A stretch of 64,000 nt of DNA from an uncultured Planctomycetota bacterium (lineage in GTDB: Bacteria; Planctomycetota; Planctomycetia; Isosphaerales; Isosphaeraceae). Positions within the stretch are counted from its first letter, which is position 1. Each line of letters starts with the position of its first letter. Shown here one piece after another: positions 30,703-39,849 of the stretch. The position numbers and the translations under genes were made by a program. The stretch lies in assembly GCA_963823665.1 (NCBI GenBank), contig CAWGMQ010000003.1, positions 1,536,001 through 1,600,000 on the forward strand. The letters run 5' to 3'. Below the pieces are notes generated by a model. The model was given only the letters and a program-made list of their open reading frames with translations, made no database searches and was not told where the DNA came from.

Positions 30703-31569
30703 TCAGGGCTTCAAGTCGTCCACACGCTCGTAAACCTCGACACCTTTTTTCTTGCTCGAGAAGCCGGCGGGCGGAGACTCCGGCGAGCCCCTGCTGATCG
30801 TGAGCGTGTCGCCTTCGACCTTGTAGATCACCCAGAACCGGTCGGATCGGCTGTTGAAGCCGGGCACCACGTCGATCATGATCAGCAGCATCGCCTTGGG
30901 CGTCCTGGAAGGCTCGGGCTCCATTTTGCAAATGTAAACGAGATTCGATTTGTTGATCTGGGCCAACTCGTCGGCAACCACGACGAGGGTGAGTGTCGCG
31001 GGGTCCTGTGGATCGACGGACTCTCCGTCGGCCGAGGCCAGTTGCCACCTGCCACGCAACTTCGCCAGGTCTGCCGGCGGCTCGTCGAATCGGCTGTGAG
31101 CGACGACGGTACGGGGAAGCGCCTTGCGCAGCGCCTCGACGCCGCGCCGGCTCACCGCGGTCAAGTTCAGCGCGAGCTTCTTGAGGGACGAGAGTTTCTC
31201 GAGGTGCTTCAAGCCGGCGTCGGTGATCCGCGTGGCCCTGAGGCTCAGCTCGCTCAGGTGCGTCAGGCCTTTCAGGTGAGTTAAGCCCTGATCGGTGAGC
31301 TGCGTGCAGTCCAGGTTCAGCATCTCCAGGGCGGGGAGTTGCTTCAGGGCGCCGGCGATTTCCTTCAGGCCACCGTCTGTCAGCCCGGTGTAGTACCAGT
31401 AGGTGACTGCGACGACGGGCTGGTCGTCATCTAAATCCTTGTGGACAATGTAGCCGTGCTGCTTCTTGATCGTCGCGATGGCCTTGTCCTCGACTGCAAC
31501 TGACCGAGGCGCTCCCGCATGGAGTGAAATCAGCGCACAGAGGCCGACCAGGATTGCCGGGTATCTCAT
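30703..31569 (-). CDS. Exported LRR protein with C-terminal TIGR03067-like (planctomycete) domain
   Basis: Signal peptide, LRR repeats, then DLAKLRGRWQLAS...IYKVEGDTLTI...P.GF. Confidence 0.8.
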   Translation of the reverse strand: MRYPAILVGLCALISLHAGAPRSVAVEDKAIATIKKQHGYIVHKDLDDDQPVVAVTYWYYTGLTDGGLKEIAGALKQLPALEMLNLDCTQLTDQGLTHLKGLTHLSELSLRATRITDAGLKHLEKLSSLKKLALNLTAVSRRGVEALRKALPRTVVAHSRFDEPPADLAKLRGRWQLASADGESVDPQDPATLTLVVVADELAQINKSNLVYICKMEPEPSRTPKAMLLIMIDVVPGFNSRSDRFWVIYKVEGDTLTISRGSPESPPAGFSSKKKGVEVYERVDDLKP

Positions 31570-31666
31570 GCATATCCCTGTCGTTGTTTTGGCTGCATCA
31601 GGTGTCTTCCCCAGTCGATCCATCTCGGATTCGGCGTGCGGACGCGGCCGGAACGTGACATCTAGT

Positions 31667-31905
31667 TTACCTGAAAGCGCGGCTCCGCGCGACGACCTCT
31701 TGGCTCGCCATGTGGACGCAGAGGCTATTGAAGCCCATTTCGCTGTACTGCTCCGAATACATGGCTGAGGCAGTCACCCGATCAGAGTCCTGATGGATTG
31801 CCAATGCTGCCACCACGGTCGTATCAACTTCAGTGCCGCGAGAACGACCGCGATAATCGCGACCAAAAGGAGGAGCATTCGCAGCGTGAAGCGGAATCGT
31901 TGCAT
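31667..31905 (-). pseudogene. Short or truncated gene with RFTLRMLLLLVA N-terminus
   Basis: MQRFRFTLRMLLLLVAIIAVVLAAL; stops or shifts frame after about 43 codons. Confidence 0.4.
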
Positions 31906-32152
31906 AGCACGAGTCCAACGAGCAATGCGTGGACTGCCTGCGAACTCCCTGAAACACGATACCTTTCCTGACGAGACAATGCATCTTCCGGATATCGCAC
32001 CTTTGGCGAGGACGCGACATGGCTCTCTACGATTGTTTTGGACAGCACGCGCTTGTGTAGTCGCCCCAATGATTTTGAGGGAATTCGGCGGCTCTGGCGA
32101 ATGGGCACGAGATGACAAGAGCAATCGCATAGGGCCGCAATTATTGCTGGAT

Positions 32153-32203
32153 CGTCAGGCTAAAGCCTGACCTACTTCATCGTCAGGCTAAAGCCTGATC
32201 TAC
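32153..32203 (-). repeat. Tandem pair of family A REP-like palindromes
   Basis: Units at 32153-32175 and 32181-32203, with the same 28-nt period as 1774-1824. Confidence 0.9.
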
Positions 32204-33291
32204 GGGCCCATCGGCACGGGTAGTAGCGATAGGGCCGAAAGGATCATGACCAGGATCGCGTACTGGGCGACGATCGGGGGGTCGGAGCCCTTGGCGGGCT
32301 TGTCCGCTATCGTGTGCCAGACTCCGACGGCCAGGAGCAGGACCAGGAGGCCCTGATCGGTGAGCGCCCAGGCTGTGGCGATCGAGGCGACGGCCAGCCA
32401 GCGCTGCGATCGGTTCAGGCTGCGGAAGGCGCGGGCGCCGTCGAGCTGCCAGAAGGGAAGGAGATTGAAGAGGTTGATGTACGCGCCGAACATGGCGAGG
32501 GCAGCCCAGATGGGCACGGATGTTAACTGGTAGACTCCGGCGCACGCGAGGGCAGCGGCTGTGCCCCAGATCGGGCCGGCGAGCCCGACGCGGGCGTCTT
32601 GCTTTGGGTCAACCAGCGACTGCTTCAGGAGAACGACCGCGCCGAGGCCGGGAATGAACAGAGGCGCACTCGCCTTCACGCCGTAGCGCATGAGGGCGAA
32701 GACGTGCCCCATTTCGTGCACGTAGATTGACAGCACCAGGCCGACGGCCAGCCAGCCGCCGAAGACCGTCCAGTACACGCCCATCATGGCGAACATCGAG
32801 AAAAACGTGCTGGCCTTGGTCAGACCGAGCAAGAGCAGCTTGCCTTTAGTGAGCAGGGCAACGGCGATGAATTTGAACTTCCAGATCGCGAGCGCGACGG
32901 TGCCGAGCACGCCGGAGATCACACCGCCGGACCATCGCGATGGAGGCGCCTCACGCGGCTGGCCGGACTGTTTGCTCTGGGGCTGGCCAGGCTGCGCAGG
33001 CTGTGACTCTGCCAGACGTCCCAGACGCTCGATGTGCCCGGCGATGACGGTGTACTGGCGGGTGTCGTGAGGCAGCATCTCCGTCGCCTCGCGCCAGGAG
33101 GCGAGTGCACCGGCGTAGTCGCCTGCTTGCTCGTGCCGGGCTGCTGACTCGGCCAGCTCCTTCAGCTTTTCGGCGTGGACCAGGCGCCGGCACGACGGGC
33201 AAGCGAGCAAGCTGGGGGCGACCTCGCTGCCACATCCCGGGCAAGTCAACGCGGGCGGGAACTGCGACAGCGCCAGTTGGTCATTCGCCAT
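32200..33291 (-). CDS. Site-2 protease (M50) with N-terminal Zn-ribbon and TPR-like helices
   Basis: CPGC..CPSC; VHEMGH; LAGP; NLFNLLP..QLDG. Confidence 0.9.
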   Translation of the reverse strand: MANDQLALSQFPPALTCPGCGSEVAPSLLACPSCRRLVHAEKLKELAESAARHEQAGDYAGALASWREATEMLPHDTRQYTVIAGHIERLGRLAESQPAQPGQPQSKQSGQPREAPPSRWSGGVISGVLGTVALAIWKFKFIAVALLTKGKLLLLGLTKASTFFSMFAMMGVYWTVFGGWLAVGLVLSIYVHEMGHVFALMRYGVKASAPLFIPGLGAVVLLKQSLVDPKQDARVGLAGPIWGTAAALACAGVYQLTSVPIWAALAMFGAYINLFNLLPFWQLDGARAFRSLNRSQRWLAVASIATAWALTDQGLLVLLLAVGVWHTIADKPAKGSDPPIVAQYAILVMILSALSLLPVPMGP

Positions 33292-33997
33292 CGTGCGATG
33301 CCCCTGGAGTGGACGGCGCGGGGGCCGCGCTGATTTGGAACGGGCCGTTGAACACGAGCTGCGCGGGCGTGGTGATCCGCCAGGCCTCCCAGAGGGCGAA
33401 GCAGTAGATCAGGCCCGAAATCAAGTGCTCCTTGGTTTCAGTGACCGGCAGGCTGTAGATCGTGAAATCAATCCTCCGCAGGAAGTCCCATGCCAGTCCC
33501 GGTGCGACCATTTCCTGGAGACGGGCTTGATAGGCGAAAATCATCAGTCCGATTGACGTGTAGGTGAAGAACACCGCGAGGACCTGATAGAACGGTCCGC
33601 TCCGGTTATCAGAACCCTTGCGCACGGCCCGGCCGACGATGTAGCCCACGGCTATGGCGACAAGTCCGATATTCGCGTGCGTCGCGACCAGGATCGCGTA
33701 GTACAGAACGGCCCCGACGATGCAAGCCGCGGCACCGAAGACGATCGATTTGATCACCCGGGCGGCGGCCGAGCCACCGTGGAAGGCAGCCTCGATCTGC
33801 TGGCGGCAGGACGTGCACAAGACCTTGCCGTTGATTTCAAAATACGCGTCCATGATCAGACGATTGCAGCGGACGCAGGTCGTGCCGCTCAAGGCCGGCG
33901 TGATCGGCTCGGCCTCGTCGAACTGGAGCTCGCTGCCTCCTTCGTCGGCGCCAGCACCTTCCTCGTCATCTTCAATTGGCGGGTGTGGCTCCGGCAT
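33281..33997 (-). CDS. Zn-ribbon membrane protein
   Basis: CVRC...CTSC followed by four TM segments; overlaps the S2P start. Confidence 0.75.
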   Translation of the reverse strand: MPEPHPPIEDDEEGAGADEGGSELQFDEAEPITPALSGTTCVRCNRLIMDAYFEINGKVLCTSCRQQIEAAFHGGSAAARVIKSIVFGAAACIVGAVLYYAILVATHANIGLVAIAVGYIVGRAVRKGSDNRSGPFYQVLAVFFTYTSIGLMIFAYQARLQEMVAPGLAWDFLRRIDFTIYSLPVTETKEHLISGLIYCFALWEAWRITTPAQLVFNGPFQISAAPAPSTPGASHDGE

Positions 33998-34141
33998 CGT
34001 TCTTCCTCGGTTCGCGGCGCAAAGACGTATTCGGTCGATCAGATGAAGGACGATCTTACCAGGTCAACCGGGATCGGGAAACGATGGAAAACCAGCAGGC
34101 GACGAGACAGCGGCTCTGGTTTTCACATGCCAGTAAGCGCG

Positions 34142-35243
34142 TCATTGGTCGGGCATCTCGGCTTCGAGCTTGGCGAGCTGCTCGTCTTGATCGCGCTCGA
34201 TGTACCTGACGATCAGGAAGAATTTACCAATCGCCAAGCCGCTCAAGCCGGCCATGCCGACAACGGCGAAGACCCCACGGTGATAGTCCGACAGGGAAGC
34301 CAGCAGCATCAAGGCGCCGCCGCCCCAAAGCATTCGCCGCATCATGCGCATTTCGCGTTTCTGCTTCATCAGAACCGCCCGGCGTGCTTGCCATTGCTCG
34401 ATCGTCAAAGGGGCCTTGTCCAATGAGTCGACCTGAATCCGGTCGCGGGCTACGAATCGCTCGAGAACCGCGGCCACGACTTCGGCGCTGGGTGTTTCGC
34501 CTCCGCGCAGTTGCCTGCCATGATCGCACCGTCTGGCCCTCGTTAAGCCGGACGGAGAACGTGACCACGCGATCTGGCAGTTCGATCTCGAGGTTCTTGA
34601 AATCGCGCCGGCGATGATCGGCACGCTGGATCCGAATCGCCTGGACCTGGGCCCACCGATAGCGCGACTCTTCGCCGCCGTCACGTAAGAGCAGTCCGCC
34701 CGGCGCAATGAGGATTTCTTTCCGGAAGCCATAACGTAGCGCGAGTTCATCGGGCAAGAACGGAGCGGGCCGCACCCGCAGCGCCTCGATGCTCGCTTCG
34801 ACACGAGCGCGGTCCGAGTCTTCGAGCAGATCCAGCGTTAGCTTCCGCGCCCAGAACGGTTTTTCCGGAAGGATGTAAGTCGTCGAAGTGCCCTCGGCGT
34901 CGAGCACCTTGCCTTGCTCGAAAGCTTGCCAGGGCCAGAGATCCCACAGCATGAAGCGGCGACGCGCAATCCCGGCTGAATCGAGTCGCAGTCGCCAGCG
35001 CAGCACGACGATCGCGCCGATGGCCGGGAGCGAGCAAGGGACGAGCGTGCTCCATGGCTCGCTCGCCGCCGTAGGCAAGAAATCACGAATCGCCCAGCGC
35101 ACGACCGCGAGCAGCACTGCACCTATCAGGACGTAAACGGCACACCGGCGAAACTCAGCCCGCATCGGGGCAAGGAAGGATTCAGCCGGCCGTGCCGTTT
35201 TCTCGGTGGTGCACACCGCCTCACTCGGAGCACTCGCGCTCAT
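34142..35243 (-). CDS. Hypothetical membrane protein with PH-like domains (frameshift near 34510)
   Basis: ORF 34224..35243 (2 TM, RLRLDSAGIARR) plausibly continues into the 2-TM tail of ORF 34142..34804. Confidence 0.6.
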
Positions 35244-35250
35244 CGATCGC

Positions 35251-37459
35251 TCAATGCACGAAGAAGCCGGCGATCGTCAAGCCGAGACCGGCCAGAACGA
35301 GAAAGCCTCCGAGGACATAGCGGCCGTGGCGGGCGTAGCTGTTGCGGGTGACGCCGTCGACTGTGATCGACTTCAATTCGAGATAGGGCACCGGGGCTCG
35401 GCGGAACCAGCCGACGACTTCGACTGCCTTGCCGGCGAAATCGCCGGCGCGGAAGAGGCCGAAGAGCCATTCCCAGATCCGGAGCGGCTGGCGGTAGTCC
35501 AGAAACAGAATCCCGGTCGCGTCACGCATCACGAAGTCTTCGGACCAGATCAGGCCGGGGACGCCCTTGCCGATGATCGTGCCTCGCAGCCGGGCCGGCA
35601 CCGGGCGAACGTTCGAGACCTTCACCTTGTGCAACAGACCGGTGACGGAAAGCGGTGCGAAGTGATCGCCCCGGTAGACCAGCCTTGTCTTGATGATCGA
35701 GCCGATCCCGGCGCCCACGAGTGGCAGCCCGATGAACATCATGGCGATGGGACCGCCAATTCCGGCGCCGCCGGCGAAGACGCCGAAGACCCGCGCCCAG
35801 TCCGACCGCCAGGCCGAAGCCCACCACGGCGAGCAAGAGCGGAAGCAAGATCACCGCGACGTCGACCGCGAAATCGTCCCAGTACGACTCGGGCTTGCGG
35901 CGGTCGAAGACGACGTAGGGCTCCTGGCCCATCGTCGCGGCCTGGTCGGAAAGGTACTGAAGGCGGTGTGCGATCAGCGGGTGGGTCGAGTTCAGCTCGT
36001 AGAACATCGCCCAGGGATTCCACAGGTCCCACTGCATGGCGCTCTTCAAGTTTTCCTTGCTGATCGGCGCAGATGCCGTGGCCGTACCGGAGCTGGAGCG
36101 TTCGAGCCCGAGCGAGGCCGAGCTGGCGACCATCGCGACTGCCCCCTTGCGGTCGAAGATCCCCAGGGCGCCGATGGCGTCGATGCCGAAGACGGGCTCT
36201 TCCTTCTTCTTCTTTTTGCCCTTCTTGCCTGTGGCCGTTTCCGGCTCTTCCCCGCTCTGCGTTTGGCCGCGGGCCGCGAGGCCATAGCCGATCTTGACAA
36301 GCGCCGAGGCCAGAGCGCCGGGATTGCCGGTGACGTTACCCGCGAAGCGATCGGCGTAATACTCGCGGCAGCGGCTGAACCAGAGCACGACGTATTCGCT
36401 GACGATGTAGAGCACATAGGCGCCCAGCGCAACTGCCCAACTGTAATTGCCGGCCTTCTCGTTCCGGTCGCCGATCCGCAAAGCAGTGCGGTACAGGAAA
36501 TACATCATGAGCGGCACGAGCTGGACGACGGTCATGAGGAGCATGTCCCAGTTCTTGCCGTGACCGATCTCGTGGGCGACCACTCCCTCGACTTCTTCGG
36601 GCTCGAGCAGGTCGAGAATGCCCTGGGTGATCACGATTCGCATGTTGCTGGGGTGATGGCCGTAGGTGAATGCGTTGGGTGCTCCGTCGTGGATGATGCC
36701 GAACGAGGGCACTTTCATCTTTTGCTCGGCGGCGACGCGCGTGACGAAGTTGCGCAGGTGCGGAGGCAGTTGCTCGACGGAGACCCACGAAAACTTGTAG
36801 ATCCAGCGCAGGGCCAGATCCATCATCCAGGGCCCGAGCGCGAACTGGAGGATGATGATGCCCATGCCGATCGCCACGGCCACGCTCACGGGTAGCACGC
36901 CGACCTCGGCCAGTGCGAGCAAAATCAAACCGAGGAACCCGTAGAGCAAGACGATCAATCCGGCCGAACGGAGCCAGAGGTTGGGCAGCGGCAGCATTCC
37001 AGAAGCCAGGTCCTGGAGCCGGAGGTGGGCGTTCTCGTTGTGCTCGACCGCGAGCGGGTCGATCGGGGCTTTGGCGAGCGGGTCGTCGCCGGGCGCGTCG
37101 CCGATGTCCTCGGTCTCAAGCTGGAAGTACTGGCGGTCTTGCTGGAGTGCCTTCTCGAGCTCGCCGGAGTCGAACCAGTAGCCTTCGCACTCCGGGCAGC
37201 GGTCGACTTTGAGATTGGCGTGCAGGAACGGCACTTCACCCAGACCGACGCCGCATCGCGGACAGCTTCGGCTGGAGGGAACCGGCGGGGTCTCGTCGGA
37301 GGCGAGCATCTGCTCCAGCTCTTTGGGCTTACGACTAAAGAAGAAAACTTCGCCGCGGTCGAGCCAGACCCCTTTGCAATTCTTGCAGACGTCGACAAGG
37401 ACGCCTCCATTGGTCATGGTCTCAACGAGTGACGGCTCATGGCAGTGTGGACAATTCAT
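35251..37459 (-). CDS. htpX: HtpX-like M48 Zn-metalloprotease with two N-terminal zf-TFIIB-like ribbons and a C-terminal membrane/OB-like extension (frameshift near 35780)
   Basis: CPHC..DVCKNCKGVWLDRGE and CPRC..DRCPECEGYWFDSGE; PNAFTYG, VAHEIGH, SRCREYYAD, STHP. Confidence 0.85.
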
Positions 37460-37644
37460 GGTCCAGGACCTCCTCGATTCGACAACGGCATTCATTCACT
37501 CGGTCAGGAGCCTTCGCGCGGAACCCCGCGCGGCAGTTCGCGATCGCCGATATCTTAACAAGAGATTCGACGGAGTGTGTCAAGTATTGGGGGCGATCTG
37601 TGGGTTCGCTGGGAACCGGAGTGGATGGTTCAGATTGCGCGACC

Positions 37645-38097
37645 CTACACGAACCAGGACGGTCCGCAGTGGCGGACCCTACCAGAAGCAACGGCGGCGG
37701 CCCAGGGCTCCGGCAATCGGACGTTTGTCTCGAGATCTTCGACGACCTTGCAGACGGATTCAGACCGCGCAGGATACGCCTCGTGCAACTGCTCGATCAG
37801 ACGCCGCGCCTTATCGATTTGCTCCCCGCGCCAGAAGCAGGACACAGCGCTCAGTCGGCTACGAAAGGCCAGATCGTGCTCTTCGACGCCGTCGTAGTCG
37901 GCAGCCAGCACGAGCTCCAGGTGGGCGGCCGCCAGGAGATGGCGAATGGCCGCCTCGCGGTTTGCCTGCATTTCTGCCAGCAAGGCGCGCTGAATTTCGC
38001 GAGACTTGACGGTCACCAGCATATCACCGACCGAGGAACTCACCGGAGGCATCATGAGCTCCTGAAGAGAGGGTCGTCCCCGCGGGCACTTAGCCAT
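37645..38097 (-). CDS. Small helical (TPR-like) hypothetical protein
   Basis: ATG overlaps the upstream stop; AIRHLLAAAHLE..SAVSCFWRGEQIDKARRL. Confidence 0.55.
   Translation of the reverse strand: MAKCPRGRPSLQELMMPPVSSSVGDMLVTVKSREIQRALLAEMQANREAAIRHLLAAAHLELVLAADYDGVEEHDLAFRSRLSAVSCFWRGEQIDKARRLIEQLHEAYPARSESVCKVVEDLETNVRLPEPWAAAVASGRVRHCGPSWFV
37661..37682 (-). repeat. Family E REP-like palindrome, with a degenerate neighbour ending at 37648
   Basis: Reverse complement GTAGGGTCCGCCACTGCGGACC matches 1718-1739 at 20 of 22 positions. Confidence 0.75.
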
Positions 38098-38746
38098 TGA
38101 ACCACAATCGGCCTGAAGGCGTTTCGAATTCCACGACACACACGAAAAACCCGGTACCAACTTGTTCCGTGAGGCGGTCCCACTTTCGCGCCCAAGCCGC
38201 TGCAAAATCAGCCCGACGCCATGATACGGCAACTTCCAGGAGATAGCCTTCTTCGCCGACGAGGTAGTCGGCGGCGCTGCCCCGAAAGGCAATGTCACGA
38301 ATCTCGTGGTTGCCCGCATGGTGAAGCGCCAGGCCCGCGATCGCGGTCGACGCCAGCTCGACTTGCCTCAGCCGGCGCAGGATGTCGGCGGCGGCGTCCG
38401 CGGTGTCCTTGAACGAGGATTTAGCAGAACCGGGCGGCCCCTGTTTGGCCTGAGACTGCTGGGTTTTCTTGCCATAGCAGAATGGGGTTGGTTCGTACGT
38501 TCGGCGCAGGTGAGCCAACCGACCGTCGTCAATCCCGGCGTTGTCAATTGATAAAACCATCTCGCTTGATCCAAAGCCAGGCGCATTCCGGACATCGAGG
38601 CTGATTCGGTACGGGCGATCCTGAAATCGGTCCAGCAAGACCGCATGGGCCGCCAGAATAGCCCTGTCCCAGAGTAGACGCGGGTGCAGCTCTGGCAAGT
38701 CGACTAGCCTGCATTTCACGTCCATAGATGAAAGCAACTCCCTCAT
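38090..38746 (-). CDS. Hypothetical protein, possible PD-(D/E)xK nuclease-like fold
   Basis: RGSAADYLV....LLEVA motif followed by a GFFVCVVEF strand. Confidence 0.5.
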   Translation of the reverse strand: MRELLSSMDVKCRLVDLPELHPRLLWDRAILAAHAVLLDRFQDRPYRISLDVRNAPGFGSSEMVLSIDNAGIDDGRLAHLRRTYEPTPFCYGKKTQQSQAKQGPPGSAKSSFKDTADAAADILRRLRQVELASTAIAGLALHHAGNHEIRDIAFRGSAADYLVGEEGYLLEVAVSWRRADFAAAWARKWDRLTEQVGTGFFVCVVEFETPSGRLWFNG

Positions 38747-38920
38747 CGCGTGGGGACGGAATTCCGGATCCGGTAGGAGAACTCTCGCTCAGAGCAAGAA
38801 GCACAGACCGGACACCAAGATCAATTTGAGCTGAATTTCGAGACATCGGGAACGGCCGACGCGTATTCTGACATAATAAGGCGGAAGTCAGGAACAGCCT
38901 CCCGGGCCGGCCGCCGGCAC

Positions 38921-38969
38921 GCCGCGGAGCGGCACCAGGATCGTTCCGACGCGGGAGCGTCGGAACGAG
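38921..38969 (+). repeat. Double-hairpin repeat, family C (GCCGCGGAGCGGC-N-CGTTCCGACGCGGAGCGTCGGAACGAG)
   Basis: Also at 55045-55096 and 59544-59595. Confidence 0.85.
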
Positions 38970-39115
38970 TCTCGTGTGGACGTCCATTGCGGGATTGACG
39001 AGACCGTCACCCGCCTCGTCGCTGAGCCGGGAACGGATTAAAATGAAAATCGCATGCTGATCGTGGTCGAGTCGACGCCCGAGGGCATGCCCCCGGGGGC
39101 GGAAGAGCCGCCCCG

Positions 39116-39796
39116 GTGAAGGCCACTGGACAAACTCAGACGCCATTCGAGGAATTCACGTTGTTTTGCGCATGTATCGTTGCTTTGACTGTTGGGGCCA
39201 CGGCCGGTGAGCGCGCGTGGTCAGGCGGCATTGGGCCGACGTTTGCCCGGCGGGCGGCACACGGAGTGTGCCTGCTACAGAGACGGGAATCGCGGCTGGC
39301 GGACATCGGGCCGGCGCCGCGCACCGTTCTGACGGACTCACGGAAGCAGCCGTTCGACCTGGAGAAGCTGCGGGGGAAGGTCGTGCTGGTGTCGTTCGTC
39401 TACACGACGTGCAACGGCGTGTGCCCGCTCACGACGCAGGCACTCGCGGGCGCGCGGAAGAAGCTCGAGACGGCCAAGCTTTGGGGGAAATCGGTTGAGT
39501 TCGTGTCGATCACGCTCGATCCCGAGCGCGACACGGCCCCGGTCCTCAAGAACTACGCCAAACTGTCGGGTGCTGACTTTCCCGCCTGGCACTTCCTGAC
39601 CGGAGCACCCGCGGATGTAGCGAAGGTCATCGCAGCCTGGGACATGTGGGTGAAGAGCGATGCGAAGGGCGTGCTCGACCACCCGTCGCGGATCTTTCTG
39701 ATCGACGGCCGCGGCCGCCAGCGCGAGATCTATAACCTGGAGTTCTTGAAGCCCGAGACGGTGCTTGAAGATGTGCGGGGGCTGCTGGGGGAGTAG
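39116..39796 (+). CDS. SCO1/SenC-family Cu chaperone
   Basis: YTTCNGVCP (CxxxC), SITLDPERD, LDHPSRIFLID. Confidence 0.92.
   Translation: MKATGQTQTPFEEFTLFCACIVALTVGATAGERAWSGGIGPTFARRAAHGVCLLQRRESRLADIGPAPRTVLTDSRKQPFDLEKLRGKVVLVSFVYTTCNGVCPLTTQALAGARKKLETAKLWGKSVEFVSITLDPERDTAPVLKNYAKLSGADFPAWHFLTGAPADVAKVIAAWDMWVKSDAKGVLDHPSRIFLIDGRGRQREIYNLEFLKPETVLEDVRGLLGE
39255..39278 (-). repeat. Family B REP-like copy inside the SCO reading frame
   Basis: CGGCACACGGAGTGTGCCTGCTAC, encoding (A)AHGVCLL. Confidence 0.8.
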
Positions 39797-39821
39797 AGGG
39801 GGAAAGGCCGACGGTCTTCGA

Positions 39822-39844
39822 CGTCAGGCTGAAGCCTGACCTAC
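39822..39844 (-). repeat. Single family A REP-like palindrome between convergent genes
   Basis: CGTCAGGCTGAAGCCTGACCTAC, identical to 1802-1824. Confidence 0.9.
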
Positions 39845-39849
39845 TTGAA

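Noticed and set aside
23046..31905. Integron cassette array
   Set aside because: Many genes overlap or abut, no recurring attC-like RYYYAAC...GTTRRRY sites were seen, and there is no integrase.
37550..37585. Sigma-70 promoter for htpX
   Set aside because: TTGACA is present, but the best -10 (TAAGAT) is 20 nt away.
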